A stretch of 63,728 bases of DNA, the filler included. It is 4 parts of 4 records of this genome, joined end to end, with 100 filler letters (N's around TTAATTAATTAA, not from the genome) between each part and the next. Parts side by side here need not be neighbours in the genome. Positions count along the whole stretch, not along the records: positions 1 to 21,253 come from SRR20825010_6159; 3 more parts are not named here. One strand, given 5' to 3'. A program made the translations under genes and the position numbers. Under the pieces are notes generated by a model. That model saw only the letters and a program-made list of their open reading frames with translations. It did no database searches and was not told where the DNA came from. Each line of letters opens with the position of its first letter. Positions within the stretch are counted from its first letter, which is position 1. Positions 1-11,818 of this stretch are shown in pieces.

Positions 1-112
1 CCACCACCAGATCGAAACCGTGTTCAAGGCCTTCGGTCGTGCCCTGCGTATGGCCATTGAAATGGACGAGCGAATGGCGGGTATTACCCCGTCCACCAAG
101 GGGTCGCTGTAA
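1..112 (+). CDS. hisB: imidazoleglycerol-phosphate dehydratase, 3' end (truncated by window edge)
   Basis: Frame from nt 2 reads [36 protein letters not shown], the HisB C-terminal motifs (HHxxE, PSTKG); lies directly upstream of hisH. Confidence 0.95.
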   Translation, partial: HHQIETVFKAFGRALRMAIEMDERMAGITPSTKGSL

Positions 113-163
113 GCGGCCCTGGGCTCAACTAAAAGAACCACGATTCAGGAAGTTTCTCTTCGC

Positions 164-805
164 ATGAAAACCGTTGCCATTATCGACTACGGCATGGGTA
201 ACCTTCATTCCGTCAGCAAAGCGGTGGAGCACGTTGCACCGGATACCCGTGTTCTGGTCACCGACAACGCCGAGCTGATCCGCAGCGCGGACCGGGTGAT
301 CCTCCCTGGCGTGGGCGCCATCCGCGACTGCATGGCGGAAATCCGCCGCCTGGGAATTGATGAGTTGGTGCGGGAAGTCTCCGCTGACCGTCCGTTGCTC
401 GGCATTTGCGTAGGCATGCAGGCGCTGATGTCCCGCAGCGAGGAAAACGGCTGGGTGGATTGTATCGACCTGTTCCAGTCGGAGGTGCGCTTCTTCGGTG
501 ACAATCTCACCGAGAACGGCGAACGCCTGAAAGTGCCTCATATGGGCTGGAACGAAGTGCGCCAGACCATGGATCACCCGCTTTGGCACGATATTCCCGA
601 CGGCGACCGCTTCTATTTCGTGCACAGCTACTACGCTGAAGCCGAGGGCAACCCGGATATTGCCGGCTGTACCCATTACGGCGTTGACCTGGCTGCAGCC
701 GTGGCGAGAGACAACATCTTTGCGGTGCAGTTCCACCCTGAAAAAAGCGCTCGGGCGGGGCTGCAGTTACTGAAAAACTTTACCAACTGGACTGGAACAT
801 GCTGA
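164..805 (+). CDS. hisH: imidazole glycerol phosphate synthase, glutaminase subunit
   Basis: DYGMGNL, LPGVG, GICVGMQ, FYFVHSY, QFHPEKS motifs. Confidence 0.97.
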   Translation: MKTVAIIDYGMGNLHSVSKAVEHVAPDTRVLVTDNAELIRSADRVILPGVGAIRDCMAEIRRLGIDELVREVSADRPLLGICVGMQALMSRSEENGWVDCIDLFQSEVRFFGDNLTENGERLKVPHMGWNEVRQTMDHPLWHDIPDGDRFYFVHSYYAEAEGNPDIAGCTHYGVDLAAAVARDNIFAVQFHPEKSARAGLQLLKNFTNWTGTC

Positions 806-1536
806 TCATCCCGGCCATAGATCTTAAAGACGGCAAATGCGTAAGACTGCGCCAGGGCCGTATGGACGACTCCACCGTTTTCGGTGACGATCCTGTTGAT
901 ATGGCAACCCGCTGGGTGGATGCTGGCGCCCGCCGCCTGCATCTGGTGGACCTGAATGGCGCCTTCGCCGGTGAACCCGTCAACGGCGAAATCGTCCAGG
1001 CCATCGCTCGCAAATACCCGGATTTACCCATCCAGATTGGCGGCGGTATTCGTTCGGCGGAAACCATCGAGGCCTATCTGAAAGCCGGCGTACAGTGGGT
1101 CATTATTGGTACCAAGGCGGTGAAAGAACCGGAATTCGTTACCGAGATGTGCAAGCGCTTTCCCGGCCACATTATCGTGGGCCTGGACGCCAAAGACGGC
1201 CGCGTTGCCACTGACGGCTGGGCGGAAGTGTCTGAAGTCATGGCGACCGATCTGGCGAAACGTTTTGCCAACGACGGCGTCGAGTCCATTGTTTACACCG
1301 ACATCAGCCGCGACGGCATGATGCAGGGCGTGAACGTGGAAGCCACCGCGGCACTGGCGGAAGAAGGCGGCATTCCCGTGATCGCTTCTGGCGGCGTTAC
1401 CAACATGGACGATCTCAAGCGCCTTGCTACCGTGGCTGACAAGGGCATCCTCGGTGCGATTACCGGCCGTGCCATCTATGAAGGCACCCTGGATGTGGCC
1501 GAGGCCCAGGCCTTCTGCGACAGCCTGAAGGGGTAA
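799..1536 (+). CDS. hisA: ProFAR isomerase
   Basis: [40 protein letters not shown]. Confidence 0.97.
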   Translation: MLIIPAIDLKDGKCVRLRQGRMDDSTVFGDDPVDMATRWVDAGARRLHLVDLNGAFAGEPVNGEIVQAIARKYPDLPIQIGGGIRSAETIEAYLKAGVQWVIIGTKAVKEPEFVTEMCKRFPGHIIVGLDAKDGRVATDGWAEVSEVMATDLAKRFANDGVESIVYTDISRDGMMQGVNVEATAALAEEGGIPVIASGGVTNMDDLKRLATVADKGILGAITGRAIYEGTLDVAEAQAFCDSLKG

Positions 1537-1544
1537 TACGAATT

Positions 1545-2318
1545 ATGGCTCTGGCAAAACGCATCATTCCCTGCCTGGATGTCGATAAAGGCCGCGTTGT
1601 AAAAGGCGTGAACTTCGTCGATATCCGCGATGCCGGTGACCCGGTGGAAGTGGCCCGAAAATACAATGAGCAGGGCGCCGACGAAATCACCTTCCTGGAC
1701 ATCACCGCCAGTCACGAAAGCCGCGATACCACCTATGAAACCGTGGAGCGCATGGCGGCTGAAGTGTTTATCCCGCTGACGGTGGGTGGCGGCGTGCGCA
1801 CCGTTGAGGACATCCGCAAGCTCCTGAATGCAGGCGCGGACAAGGTGTCAATCAATACTGCGGCGGTATTCAATCCGGACTTCGTGCGTGAGGCCGCCGA
1901 CCGTTTTGGCAGTCAGTGTATCGTTGTCGCCATTGATGCCAAGCGTGTCAGTGGTGAAGGAGAGGAGCCCCGGTGGGAGATTTTCACCCACGGTGGGCGC
2001 AAGCCGACAGGGCTGGATGCGGTTGAGTGGGCTCGCAAGATGACCGCGATGGGTGCCGGCGAGTTGCTGCTGACCAGCATGGACCGGGACGGCACCAAAA
2101 TCGGATTCGACCTGGGGCTGACCCGTGCCATCAGCGACGCTGTATCGGTGCCGGTCATTGCTTCAGGGGGAGTGGGCGAGCTGCAGCATCTGGCAGACGG
2201 TGTGACCGAAGGTCGCGCGGATGCCGTGCTGGCGGCGTCCATCTTTCACTTCGGTCAGCATACGATTCCCGAAGCAAAGGCATTTATGAAGGCCCAGGGG
2301 ATTGTGGTGCGGGATTGA
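1545..2318 (+). CDS. hisF: imidazole glycerol phosphate synthase, cyclase subunit
   Basis: [32 protein letters not shown]. Confidence 0.97.
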   Translation: MALAKRIIPCLDVDKGRVVKGVNFVDIRDAGDPVEVARKYNEQGADEITFLDITASHESRDTTYETVERMAAEVFIPLTVGGGVRTVEDIRKLLNAGADKVSINTAAVFNPDFVREAADRFGSQCIVVAIDAKRVSGEGEEPRWEIFTHGGRKPTGLDAVEWARKMTAMGAGELLLTSMDRDGTKIGFDLGLTRAISDAVSVPVIASGGVGELQHLADGVTEGRADAVLAASIFHFGQHTIPEAKAFMKAQGIVVRD

Positions 2319-2327
2319 GGTCGGGCC

Positions 2328-3137
2328 TCATTCCTGCTTCGCCAGCGCGGGCCGAATCGCCCGCTTTTCCCCTTCCGCAAACATTGGTCGGTTGCCATTC
2401 CTCATCGCCCATACGCCGCTGACGGTCGCTACGGCAATTCCCTGCTCGTCCAGCTCTGGCAGACGTTTCTCTAGATAATCCACCGTTACCTTGTGAGGAT
2501 GGCCAATGCCGATGGCGCTGCCGTTTTCCTTTGCCCGCTTGATAAGAAGCTCGAACTGCTGATCCACGAATTCCTCGGTTTGCTCGTGATCCAGGAACAC
2601 GTCGCGGGTGAGGGTGGGTATGCGGTAAGCGGCTGCGACTTCGCCCGCAATGGAGGAAGCGATGGTGCGGCTGTCCACGAAATAGACCGGGTAGTGATCG
2701 AGTTCAGACATCACCCAGTCCATCGGCTGAAGTTGTTGAGTTAGCAGGCTGCCCATATGGTTGTTCACGCCCTGCACATGGGGAATGGACTGGAGCGCTC
2801 GCCGCAAGGTGGTGGCTATGCTGTTCTGGTCCATGTCCGGGTTCAGGCCGCCGGGCCCAAGGCCGATGTTACGGGTATTGGCCATTGGCGCATGCAGCAT
2901 GATTTCCTTGTGCTTTTGGTGCGCCAACTCCGCCAGTCTGGTGGTGTATCTGCGGTAGGGCAGGAAAGCCAGGGTGATGGGCTGATCCAGGGCGATCAGG
3001 CGCTCACCTTCCACCAGGTTATGCCCCATGTCATCGATGATGATGGCGATAGTGGGCGGGAGTTGCCCCTCATGCTCCCCGGCAACAACCGGGGAGGTGG
3101 CCAAAAGGGCGGCAATCAGTGTTGCTAGAACTTTCAA
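2328..3137 (-). CDS. divergent polysaccharide deacetylase family protein (YibQ-like)
   Basis: Signal peptide; IAIIIDDMG, LHAPM, GVNNHMGS, FVDSRT, RDVFLD, IGIGHP; located in the envC-ctpA operon. Confidence 0.9.
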   Translation of the reverse strand: MKVLATLIAALLATSPVVAGEHEGQLPPTIAIIIDDMGHNLVEGERLIALDQPITLAFLPYRRYTTRLAELAHQKHKEIMLHAPMANTRNIGLGPGGLNPDMDQNSIATTLRRALQSIPHVQGVNNHMGSLLTQQLQPMDWVMSELDHYPVYFVDSRTIASSIAGEVAAAYRIPTLTRDVFLDHEQTEEFVDQQFELLIKRAKENGSAIGIGHPHKVTVDYLEKRLPELDEQGIAVATVSGVWAMRNGNRPMFAEGEKRAIRPALAKQE

Positions 3138-4534
3138 TCCGCGCTTTCCTGTGTCGGCTTGTTACGCTTGTTGAGAATGCTCATGCCTTTCAGCAGGTTC
3201 AGTGCAGAGCGTAGCTGGAAGTCCTTGTTCGCCGGCGACGTGCTTTGTGCGTCCTCCTGCTTTTGCGGTTCTTCCTGCTGCCCCTCATCCTGCCCCTCAA
3301 GGTGGCCGCTGAGATCCGCCTCGGTAAAGAACGGCTGACTGTCGAGCTCAGTCAGCTGCGCCGGCTTCACTTCAATATCCGGTTTGATCCCCTTGGCCTG
3401 GATGGAGCGCCCATCCGGGGTGTAATAGCGGGCGGTGGTCATCTTGATGGCGTGAGTCTCATCCAGGGGGATGACAGTTTGCACGCTGCCTTTGCCGAAC
3501 GACTGGGTGCCCATGACCACGGCACGCTGGTGATCCTGAAGCGCGCCCGCAAGAATCTCGGATGCAGAGGCTGAACCGCCGTTAATCAGAACAACAATGG
3601 GCGTATCCGGCATCACATCTCCGGGTTTGGCATTGAAGCGCAGGCGCGAGCTCTGGATGCGGCCTTCCGTGTAGACGATCAAGCCGCTATCCAGCAGGGC
3701 ATCGGCCGCTTCAACCGCCGCCTGGAGAATGCCGCCGGGGTTGTTGCGCAGGTCAATCACCAGGCCGTCCAGGTCGCTGCCATGTTCTTTCTCCAAGGCT
3801 TCCAGTGCCTTGGTGAACTGCGTGCCGGTATCCGCCTGGAACTGAGTTATGCGGACGTAGCCATAGCCGTTCTCGATGATGCGGGATTTGATGCTGGTGA
3901 CCTTGATGATGTCGCGTGTCACATCAATCTCGATCGGCGCTGATTCTCCCTCACGCATAATGGTCAGGGTGAGGACGGTTCCAGGCTTGCCGCGCATCAG
4001 TTTAACGGCTTCTTCCAGCGACATGCCTTTCACCGGCTGGTCACCCAGTTTGATGATCAGGTCGCCCGCCTGTACGCCGGCCTTCTGAGCAGGGGTGTCA
4101 TCGATGGGGGAGATAACTTTTACGAAGCCATCTTCCATGCCCACTTCGATGCCCAGGCCGCCAAACTCGCCGGAGGTGCTCTCTTCGAGCTGTTCGTAGT
4201 CTTTCGGGGCCAGATAGGTGGAGTGCGGGTCCAGGTCAGACAGCATGCCTTTGATCGCGCTTTCGAGGAGCTGGCGGTCGTCCACCTCTTCCACATAGGC
4301 GTCCTTGATTCGGCCAAACACTTCAGCGAATTTGCGAAGGTCGTCCAGTGGCAGCTGTTCTTCCGGATCGGGCAGCTGTATTTCCACCTGCTCACCGTGC
4401 TGGATGCCTTCCAGCAGGCGTCGGGTTTCTTCATCGGCTTCCTGGGCATGAATAAGGCCGGGCAGAACGGTTAAGCAGGTGGCAAGGGCGAGTGCGCGTG
4501 TGCTGGCGTGGTGTAGACTTCTTACCCGTCTCAT
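3134..4534 (-). CDS. ctpA: S41 carboxy-terminal processing protease (PDZ + peptidase)
   Basis: LDPHSTY, FGGLGIEV PDZ loop, DLRNNPGG, SASASEI, GKGSVQ. Confidence 0.93.
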   Translation of the reverse strand: MRRVRSLHHASTRALALATCLTVLPGLIHAQEADEETRRLLEGIQHGEQVEIQLPDPEEQLPLDDLRKFAEVFGRIKDAYVEEVDDRQLLESAIKGMLSDLDPHSTYLAPKDYEQLEESTSGEFGGLGIEVGMEDGFVKVISPIDDTPAQKAGVQAGDLIIKLGDQPVKGMSLEEAVKLMRGKPGTVLTLTIMREGESAPIEIDVTRDIIKVTSIKSRIIENGYGYVRITQFQADTGTQFTKALEALEKEHGSDLDGLVIDLRNNPGGILQAAVEAADALLDSGLIVYTEGRIQSSRLRFNAKPGDVMPDTPIVVLINGGSASASEILAGALQDHQRAVVMGTQSFGKGSVQTVIPLDETHAIKMTTARYYTPDGRSIQAKGIKPDIEVKPAQLTELDSQPFFTEADLSGHLEGQDEGQQEEPQKQEDAQSTSPANKDFQLRSALNLLKGMSILNKRNKPTQESAD

Positions 4535-4638
4535 TCACATGTCCTGTGTTAATCCGATGACTGGTTGTTCCCAAGTATTGCCGGACAGTATGGCGTTACC
4601 GGGCTGATTTGTCAGCCTTTGGGGTAGCGTGAACCTGT

Positions 4639-5775
4639 TCAGCGGTTGCCGAGCCAGCGTCGGGGATTGTCCGGTTTTCCATTGTGGCGGACCTCGAAAT
4701 ACACCGCGGGGTCATTGGTCCCGCCGGTTCGGCCAGCCTGGGCAATTGCCTCGCCCGCTTCAACCCAGTCTCCGGGGCTGGTGAACAGACTACTGCTGTG
4801 GCCGTAGAGCGTCATGTAGCCGTCGCCGTGGTCGAGGATGGTGATCAGGCCAAACCCGCGTAGCCAGTTGGCGAAAACAACGCGGCCATAGTGAACGGCT
4901 TTTACGTCGCCTTCCTCGGCGGTGTTGATCAGCAGTCCGTTGTGCTTGAGTTTTCCGCTGGCGTAGCTGTCTCCGAAGTTGCGGACGATTTTGCCTTCCG
5001 CCGGCCACGGCAGTTTGTTCTTGAGTGATCCGAACGGATCTGACTCATTGGGCGTGGGGATGTTGGCGATGGCCTCTTCGACCTCCCGCAGCAGTTTTTC
5101 CAGGCGCTTGCGATCCTCTTCCAGTTCCTCGCGTTCGCTCAGTCGATTGCTGATGTCGGTTTTCAGGGCCGCCAGGGTCTGTTCCCGTTCCTTTTTGCTG
5201 CTGCTCAGCTTTTGTTGGCGGTCGGCGACATTCTCTTCCAGTTCTGCCAGCCGCATCCGCCCGGCCTTGACCTGCTTCTGCGTTTCTTTCAATTGCCGGA
5301 GATTGGCAGCGAACGCCTCGAGGCGGTCAATGGTGTCCCGGCTGAGGTACTCGTAGTAGGTCATCGTGCGGGCGACCTTGTCCGGGTCGATCTCGTTGAG
5401 CAGGACTTTGACGGCGGGCGCGTCGCCTTCCATCCAGGCGGCGCGGATCTGTTTCTTCAGGCTGTCGCGCTGGCTTTCCAGCACGCGGGTGAGTTCGGTC
5501 TCTTCCTTGCCGAGCTCGGTCAGGCGCAGTTGCTGTTCCCGTGCCTGCTGGCGGAGCTCCCGGCGTTCGCGGGTGAGCCGGCCTATTTCCTGTTCGAGCC
5601 CGGAGAGCTGTTGCTCCAGCGAGGAACGGTCTTCCTCGGCGTCGGCAAGCCACTCATCAATATCGGCAATCTCTTCCTTGAGATCTTCTATCTGGCCAGG
5701 TGTGACCTGTTGCTCCGCCAGTGCTGGCGTGACGACTGCAAGCATCGCCACCGCCAGCCAAAGACGCAGACTCAA
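4639..5775 (-). CDS. envC: murein hydrolase activator EnvC (coiled coil + degenerate M23)
   Basis: Signal peptide, long coiled coil, [23 protein letters not shown]; lies between gpmI and ctpA. Confidence 0.9.
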   Translation of the reverse strand: MSLRLWLAVAMLAVVTPALAEQQVTPGQIEDLKEEIADIDEWLADAEEDRSSLEQQLSGLEQEIGRLTRERRELRQQAREQQLRLTELGKEETELTRVLESQRDSLKKQIRAAWMEGDAPAVKVLLNEIDPDKVARTMTYYEYLSRDTIDRLEAFAANLRQLKETQKQVKAGRMRLAELEENVADRQQKLSSSKKEREQTLAALKTDISNRLSEREELEEDRKRLEKLLREVEEAIANIPTPNESDPFGSLKNKLPWPAEGKIVRNFGDSYASGKLKHNGLLINTAEEGDVKAVHYGRVVFANWLRGFGLITILDHGDGYMTLYGHSSSLFTSPGDWVEAGEAIAQAGRTGGTNDPAVYFEVRHNGKPDNPRRWLGNR

Positions 5776-7319
5776 CCGATCTCCACCAGGCTGTGCCCGG
5801 TCATTTCAGCCGGTTGTTCCAGGCTCATCAGGCTCAGCAGGGTGGGCGCCACGTCGCTGAGGCTACCGTCGTCCCTGAGGTTGACCTTGCGTGGGCCAAC
5901 GTAGATAAGCGGCACGGGGCCGATCGTGTGGGCCGTGTGTACCTGGCCGGAATTGGGGTCGGTCATCTGCTCGCAGTTGCCGTGGTCAGCGGTGATCAAT
6001 GCTTCACCACCCACTTCCTGCAAGGCTTCGGTAATACGGGCTACGCACTGGTCGATGCATTCCGCGGCCTTGATGGCGGCATCCAGCTTGCCGGTGTGGC
6101 CCACCATGTCGCCATTGGCATAGTTACAGACAACCAGGTCGTATTTCCCGCTCTTGATTGCCTCGACCAGCTTGTCGGTGACCTCGGGCGCACTCATTTC
6201 CGGTTGCAGGTCGTAAGTCGCCACTTTGGGCGAAGGAACCAGGATTCGGTCCTCACCTTCAAACGGTGTTTCGAGACCGCCGTTAAAGAAGAAGGTAACG
6301 TGTGCGTACTTCTCGGTTTCGGAAATCCGCAGCTGGGTTTTGCCGAGGTTGGCCACATACTCGCCCAGACCATTGGTCAACTGCTCCGGGGGATAAGCGC
6401 ACGAGGTGTTAATGTCGGCTGCGTACTCGGTCAGCATGACGAAGTCAGCCAGTTCCGGATGCTTGCGACGTTCAAAACCGTCGAAGTCCTTTTCCACGAA
6501 GCAGCGTGTCATCTCGCGGGCGCGATCAGCGCGGAAGTTCATGAATATAACGGTGTCACCGTCGTTGATGGTGCCTTCGTTATCGCCGCTGGCCATGATA
6601 CGGGTGGCCTTTACAAACTCGTCGTTCTCGCCGCGCTCGTAGGCTTGCTCCAGCGCGGACACCGGATCAGCTGAAGTGAATTCTGCTTCGCCCAGGGTCA
6701 TAACGTTGTAGGCTTCTTCCACGCGGTCCCAGCGATTGTCGCGGTCCATGGCGTAGTAGCGGCCAACAATGGAGGCTACCCGGCCCACGCCCAAGTGCTT
6801 GAGTTTGGTGGCAGCTTTTTCCAGTGACGCTTTTGCACTGCGGGGAGGCATGTCGCGGCCATCGAGGAAGGCGTGGATATAGACTTCCTTTGCGCCGCGC
6901 TTGGCTGCCATTTCAGCGGCCGCCAGTACGTGGTCTTCATGGCTGTGAACGCCGCCGGGGGAAAGCAGGCCCATCAGGTGCACAGCACGGTTGCTGCTAA
7001 CGGCTTTATCAATGGCGGCGCAAAGTACGGAATTTTCCGTAAAACTACCTTCTTCTACATCTTTGTCGATGCGTGTCAGGCTCTGATAAACCACCCGGCC
7101 AGCGCCCAGGTTCATGTGCCCAACCTCGGAATTACCCATCTGTCCCTGGGGCAGGCCGACAAACATGCCGGAGGTGTTGATGAGTGTTTTCGGCTGATTT
7201 TCCCAGAGCTTATCCCAACACGGGGTGTTGGCATTGCTGATGGCGTTGTCTTCAGCCGGGTCACGGTGGCCCCAGCCATCAAGAATGATCAGTGCGGTAG
7301 GCTTACGCGTGGCAGTCAT
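5772..7319 (-). CDS. gpmI: 2,3-bisphosphoglycerate-independent phosphoglycerate mutase
   Basis: [50 protein letters not shown]. Confidence 0.97.
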   Translation of the reverse strand: MTATRKPTALIILDGWGHRDPAEDNAISNANTPCWDKLWENQPKTLINTSGMFVGLPQGQMGNSEVGHMNLGAGRVVYQSLTRIDKDVEEGSFTENSVLCAAIDKAVSSNRAVHLMGLLSPGGVHSHEDHVLAAAEMAAKRGAKEVYIHAFLDGRDMPPRSAKASLEKAATKLKHLGVGRVASIVGRYYAMDRDNRWDRVEEAYNVMTLGEAEFTSADPVSALEQAYERGENDEFVKATRIMASGDNEGTINDGDTVIFMNFRADRAREMTRCFVEKDFDGFERRKHPELADFVMLTEYAADINTSCAYPPEQLTNGLGEYVANLGKTQLRISETEKYAHVTFFFNGGLETPFEGEDRILVPSPKVATYDLQPEMSAPEVTDKLVEAIKSGKYDLVVCNYANGDMVGHTGKLDAAIKAAECIDQCVARITEALQEVGGEALITADHGNCEQMTDPNSGQVHTAHTIGPVPLIYVGPRKVNLRDDGSLSDVAPTLLSLMSLEQPAEMTGHSLVEIG

Positions 7320-7480
7320 CACTTAATCCGATGGTAGTTTGGTAAATTTACTAAAACGAACATTGATTCTAAACATTTTCGCACCCTCCGGCCAGTGGCG
7401 TCACCTTCGGCCTGGTCACCTTCTGTCCTTGGGGAAGGGTGTGTATAATCCCGCCACAAACTATTCAGCAAGGTGTTTTC

Positions 7481-7897
7481 ATGGAAAGGGTGTTCGAGTT
7501 CGCGGTTAACCATTACATTCTGGTATCTCTGTTTGTCGCTTTCCTGCTGGCCATATTGGTGCTCGAGTCTCGCCGTGGCGGCAAGAAAATCTCTGCGCAG
7601 GGAGCCGTGAATCTGATTAACCGCGACGAAGCTGTCGTCGTCGATATCCGTGATCGCAAGGATTTTAACGAGGGCCGGATAACCGGTTCAATCAATATTC
7701 CCCTTAATAGTATCAAAAGTCGTGCGTCGGAACTGAAGAAGTTCAAGGACAAGCAGATTATTGTGGCTGACAAGATGGGTCAGCATTCCGCCATGGCGGT
7801 CAAGCAGTTGAATGCGGAAGGCTACGCCAATGTGGTTCGCCTCAACGGTGGCGTTGCGGACTGGAAAGGCAGCAATCTGCCGTTGGTGAAGAAGTAA
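7481..7897 (+). CDS. rhodanese-like domain protein (YibN-like)
   Basis: N-terminal TM helix, VVDIR..F..GRI.GSINIP, LNGG...W...NLP; divergent from gpmI and upstream of secB; start placed at ATG 7481. Confidence 0.88.
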   Translation: MERVFEFAVNHYILVSLFVAFLLAILVLESRRGGKKISAQGAVNLINRDEAVVVDIRDRKDFNEGRITGSINIPLNSIKSRASELKKFKDKQIIVADKMGQHSAMAVKQLNAEGYANVVRLNGGVADWKGSNLPLVKK

Positions 7898-8039
7898 CGG
7901 CCCTGCCAGGCCTTGAACTGAACGGTAAACTGTCGCACTGTTTCACATCGGCCGGCGGAGCCAGGCATTACACTGTTCCGGCAGCACTGACATAACAACG
8001 GGCCCTGGTTGCCCCTTATCGAGAATGAAAGGATTGAAC

Positions 8040-8540
8040 ATGGCTGAAAATGAGCAGGCCGCAGCAGGCAACGAAAACCAGAATCAACCACAGTTCGCGC
8101 TCCAGCGTATCTATGTGAAGGACCTGTCGTTCGAGTCGCCGAATTCCCCGACGGTTTTTCAGGACCAGTGGAAACCTCAGGTTAATCTGGATCTGAACAC
8201 CTCCCACAACAAGATCAGCGATAACCAGTACGAAGTGGTTCTGTCTCTGACTGTGACCGCGAAAGTCGATGAAAAAGTGGCTTACATCGTCGAGATTCAG
8301 CAGGCGGGCGTTTTCCTGGTGAAAGGTATTGAAGGCCCACAGCTTGGCCAGATGCTGGGTGCCTATTGCCCCAACATCCTGTTCCCCTACGCTCGGGAAG
8401 CCATTGACGGCGTGGTCGGTCGGGGTAGCTTCCCGGCGCTGATGCTGGCACCGGTTAACTTTGATGCCATCTATGCACAGGCATTGAAGCGCAAGCAGGA
8501 AGAGGCGTCAGGGGAAGCGAAGGAAGAGCAGACTCACTGA
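8040..8540 (+). CDS. secB: protein export chaperone SecB
   Basis: LQRIYVKDLSFESP, CPNILFPYARE, LAPVNFDA. Confidence 0.97.
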   Translation: MAENEQAAAGNENQNQPQFALQRIYVKDLSFESPNSPTVFQDQWKPQVNLDLNTSHNKISDNQYEVVLSLTVTAKVDEKVAYIVEIQQAGVFLVKGIEGPQLGQMLGAYCPNILFPYAREAIDGVVGRGSFPALMLAPVNFDAIYAQALKRKQEEASGEAKEEQTH

Positions 8541-8565
8541 TACGCTCTCGTCACAAGCGCCAGAC

Positions 8566-8601
8566 AAACCCCGCCAACGGTTCAGGTTCGCGGGGTTTTT
8601 T
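8566..8601 (+). terminator. intrinsic terminator after secB (possibly bidirectional)
   Basis: AAACCCCGC...GCGGGGTTTTTT hairpin plus T-run between convergent genes. Confidence 0.75.
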
Positions 8602-9364
8602 ATTGGGCGATTTCCTGCCCGATACCGTCACTGATTATCTGGTCGATCTCGCCGGATGCCTTCATGGACTCCAGCGCCCGGGACAGGCAAGGGATATCGT
8701 CTTTTCGGGATTCATGAACCCAGTGATAGAGGGGGGCTTGCAGCAGTGGCTCGCCAATGGACAGGTTTGGGTTCTTGCGTTTGGCGGCCAGGGCGTCCCA
8801 CTCCAGGGTCAGTGCCACGTCGATACGGCCTCGTTCGAGCAGATCGATCAATTGAAAGGTGTCGCTGGTGGCTACCTGTGTCGCATCCTCGGGCAGCACC
8901 CGCGCGATCATTCGATAGCCATTGAGGAAACCAATCCGTTTTCCCTTCAAAGAGGCCTTTGAATCGCCGGCCTTGCCGTTGAGAGCCACCGAAACCAGGC
9001 GTGCCTCCTGGATGGGCGTCGCCAGCGGTAGCAACGGAGCATTGTCGTTGACGGCCATCGGGATTCGGGCAAGCTCGCCGTCTGACTGGCCTTTCTCTGC
9101 CATAAGCACGGCCCGTGCGGCCGGGACATCCAGATATCTTATGTCCAGCCCGCAGCTGTCATAGAGCTTTCTGATGACCTGTTTGCCAAGGACCACAGAC
9201 ACTTCTGACGTTGTCGAGGGTGTGGTGATAACACGGGTAGCCTGCGTATTATTATTGGGCCAGGCGTTGCTGGTAGTCAGCATGAGCAAAACGGCAATAA
9301 TGGGCCATCCGCTGTGGCGAGGGTTACTGCGACCCTTCAAATCCAAATTGCCTCCACGCTTCAT
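8600..9364 (-). CDS. periplasmic solute-binding protein (family 3-like), orphan; start uncertain
   Basis: P..RA....[26 protein letters not shown] motifs; longest ORF overlaps the trmL 3' end by 41 nt. Confidence 0.7.
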   Translation of the reverse strand: MKRGGNLDLKGRSNPRHSGWPIIAVLLMLTTSNAWPNNNTQATRVITTPSTTSEVSVVLGKQVIRKLYDSCGLDIRYLDVPAARAVLMAEKGQSDGELARIPMAVNDNAPLLPLATPIQEARLVSVALNGKAGDSKASLKGKRIGFLNGYRMIARVLPEDATQVATSDTFQLIDLLERGRIDVALTLEWDALAAKRKNPNLSIGEPLLQAPLYHWVHESRKDDIPCLSRALESMKASGEIDQIISDGIGQEIAQ

Positions 9365-9788
9365 AAACCACCAGTGCTACCGTGTTGGATAGGTTAAGGC
9401 TGCGACTTTCCGGTCGCATGGGCACTCTCAGGCGATGGTGCTCCGGCATCGCCTCTCGGATGTCCTGTGGCAGCCCGCGGGTTTCGGAGCCGAACATCAG
9501 ATAGTCACCATTCTGGTATTCGACATCATGATAGCCGCGGCTACCTTTGGTGGTCAGCCCGAAAAGCCTTGAAGGTTGCTCACTCTCCAAAAAGGCCTGG
9601 TAGTCGGAGTGTACCGTTACCGTTGCGTATTCACTGTAATCCAGGCCTGCCCTGCGCATCTGTTTGTCTTCCAGGGTAAAACCCAGGGGTTCAATCAGAT
9701 GCAGCCGGCAGCCGGTGTTGGCGCAGAGCCGGATGATATTGCCGGTATTCGGCGGTATCTCCGGCTCGAACAGCACCACGTTCAACAT
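9324..9788 (-). CDS. trmL: tRNA (cytidine/uridine-2'-O)-methyltransferase
   Basis: [49 protein letters not shown]; true start is ATG 9788, not 9950. Confidence 0.95.
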   Translation of the reverse strand: MLNVVLFEPEIPPNTGNIIRLCANTGCRLHLIEPLGFTLEDKQMRRAGLDYSEYATVTVHSDYQAFLESEQPSRLFGLTTKGSRGYHDVEYQNGDYLMFGSETRGLPQDIREAMPEHHRLRVPMRPESRSLNLSNTVALVVYEAWRQFGFEGSQ

Positions 9789-9795
9789 CCTGTGA

Positions 9796-10974
9796 TCAAC
9801 GCTCCACGGCGAGGGCAACACCCATGCCGCCGCCAATGCACAGGGTGGCAAGCCCCTTCTTTGCATCCCGGCGAGCCATCTCGTGCAGCAGGCTGACCAG
9901 GATCCGGCAACCGGAAGCCCCGATTGGATGGCCCAGTGCGATAGCACCACCGTTCACATTGACCTTCGCGGTATCCCATCCCAGGTCCCGATTAACGGAA
10001 ATGGCCTGGGCGGCGAAGGCTTCGTTCGCTTCCACCAGATCCAGATCGTCCACCGACCAACCGGCCAGTTTCAGGCAGCGCTGGCTAGCAGGGATCGGGC
10101 CGGTGCCCATAATGGCCGGGTCGACACCGGCATTGGCATGAGCCCTGATAGTGGCCAGAGGCTCAAGCCCAAGTTCCTTGGCCTTGTCGGCGCTGCACAC
10201 GATGACGGCCGCCGCGCCGTCGTTAAGGGAAGACGCATTGCCGGCGGTGACGGTTCCATCCTTTTTGAACGCGCCACGAAGCTTGCCCAGGCTGTCCGCG
10301 GTTACGCCAGCGCGCGGGTTCTCGTCCGTGTTGACGATCAGTGGATCGCCCTTGCGCTGAGGAATAGTGATGGGAACAATCTGGCTTTCGAAGTAGCCAG
10401 CGTCGATCGCGGCGGCCGCCTTCTGTTGGGACGCGGCAGCAAACTCGTCCTGTTCTTCACGGGTGATGCCGTACTTCTCCACGATGTTTTCTGCGGTGAC
10501 GCCCATGTGGTAGTCGTTAAAGGCGTCCCAAAGGCCATCGGAAATCATGGTGTCCACCATGTTCCAGTTACCCATGCGCTGGCCGTTGCGGCTGTTGGGC
10601 AGCACGTGGGGAGCCTGGCTCATGCTCTCCTGACCACCGGCAATCATCAGCTCGGCATCGCCGCAGCGAATGGCCTGGACCGCCATGTGCACCGCCTTCA
10701 GTCCCGAGCCACATACCTTGTTGATCGTCATTGCCGGTACAGAGGCGGGGATGCCGGCGTTGATGGACGCCTGGCGTGCCGGATTCTGTCCGCAACCGGC
10801 CGTCAGAACCTGGCCAAGGACCACTTCGTTGACCTGATCGGCAGCAACACCGGTTTCTTCAAGCAGGGCTTTGATAACGGCGCTGCCCAGCTTATCGGCA
10901 CTCAGGCTGGACAGCCCGCCGCCGAAGCTGCCGACGGCGGTACGTTTGGCGGCTACGATAACTACATCACGCAT
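9796..10974 (-). CDS. acetyl-CoA C-acetyltransferase (thiolase, AtoB/PhaA-like)
   Basis: [27 protein letters not shown]. Confidence 0.95.
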   Translation of the reverse strand: MRDVVIVAAKRTAVGSFGGGLSSLSADKLGSAVIKALLEETGVAADQVNEVVLGQVLTAGCGQNPARQASINAGIPASVPAMTINKVCGSGLKAVHMAVQAIRCGDAELMIAGGQESMSQAPHVLPNSRNGQRMGNWNMVDTMISDGLWDAFNDYHMGVTAENIVEKYGITREEQDEFAAASQQKAAAAIDAGYFESQIVPITIPQRKGDPLIVNTDENPRAGVTADSLGKLRGAFKKDGTVTAGNASSLNDGAAAVIVCSADKAKELGLEPLATIRAHANAGVDPAIMGTGPIPASQRCLKLAGWSVDDLDLVEANEAFAAQAISVNRDLGWDTAKVNVNGGAIALGHPIGASGCRILVSLLHEMARRDAKKGLATLCIGGGMGVALAVER

Positions 10975-11064
10975 GGAGTCTCTCCGGTTTGCACGCAGAT
11001 TTTAAAAGCTGGCTTCATTGTATCGGAAAGCGAGAGTGGGCCAAAGCAGGCAACTGCGATGGTT

Positions 11065-11811
11065 TTACATATTGAGGCTGCGTCCGCCATCCACCGCGAG
11101 GATCTGGCCGGTGACAAACGGGGCGTCGCACAGCAGGAAGGCGATGGCGCCAGCAATGTCCTCCGGCTTGCCGGTGCGGGCCAGGGGCGTCTTGGCCAGT
11201 ATACTTTGCTGGTAACCTTCGTCGATCGCCGCGTCACCCTCTGGCCAAAGGATCGCGCCTGGTGAAACCCCATTTACACGTACCTCCGGTGCCAGGTCCT
11301 TCGCCCAGGACAGGGTCAGTGAAGCGAGCCCGGACTTGCTGGCGCAGTAAAGCGGATGGTCGGCCAGCGGCCGTTGGCTGTAGATGTCGATAAGATTCAC
11401 GATGGCGCCCTGTGACAGTTTCAACGCTGGCAGGCAGGCCTGGCCGAGAAAAAAAGGCGCCCGCAGGTTGGTGTTCATGATCGCGTCCCAGTCACCTGCG
11501 CTGGCGTCCTGTGTAGGGTTCGGGTAGAACACCGAGGCGTTGTTCACCAGGCCATCAAGCCGACCCCAGGTGGAAACTGCCTTGCGGGCCAGCAGTTCTG
11601 TCTGATCCGGGGCGGCAAGGTCGGTCTGGATGGCAACCGCCGAGTCCTGCCGGATGCTGTTGAGCTCGTCACGAAGGGCGTTTGCGTCCGCCTCCCGCGA
11701 ACGGTAATGAATGACCAGGTTCCAGCCGCGTTGGTGAAGATGTCTGGCGGTATGGGCGCCAAGCCGATGCGCTGCGCCGGTAATGAGCACTACAGGTGTT
11801 GAGGATGCCAT
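11065..11811 (-). CDS. folM: pteridine/dihydromonapterin reductase (SDR)
   Basis: LITGAAHRLG, VNNASVF, YCASK, VNGVSPG; directly downstream of cca. Confidence 0.85.
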   Translation of the reverse strand: MASSTPVVLITGAAHRLGAHTARHLHQRGWNLVIHYRSREADANALRDELNSIRQDSAVAIQTDLAAPDQTELLARKAVSTWGRLDGLVNNASVFYPNPTQDASAGDWDAIMNTNLRAPFFLGQACLPALKLSQGAIVNLIDIYSQRPLADHPLYCASKSGLASLTLSWAKDLAPEVRVNGVSPGAILWPEGDAAIDEGYQQSILAKTPLARTGKPEDIAGAIAFLLCDAPFVTGQILAVDGGRSLNM

Positions 11812-11818
11812 CGCGTGT

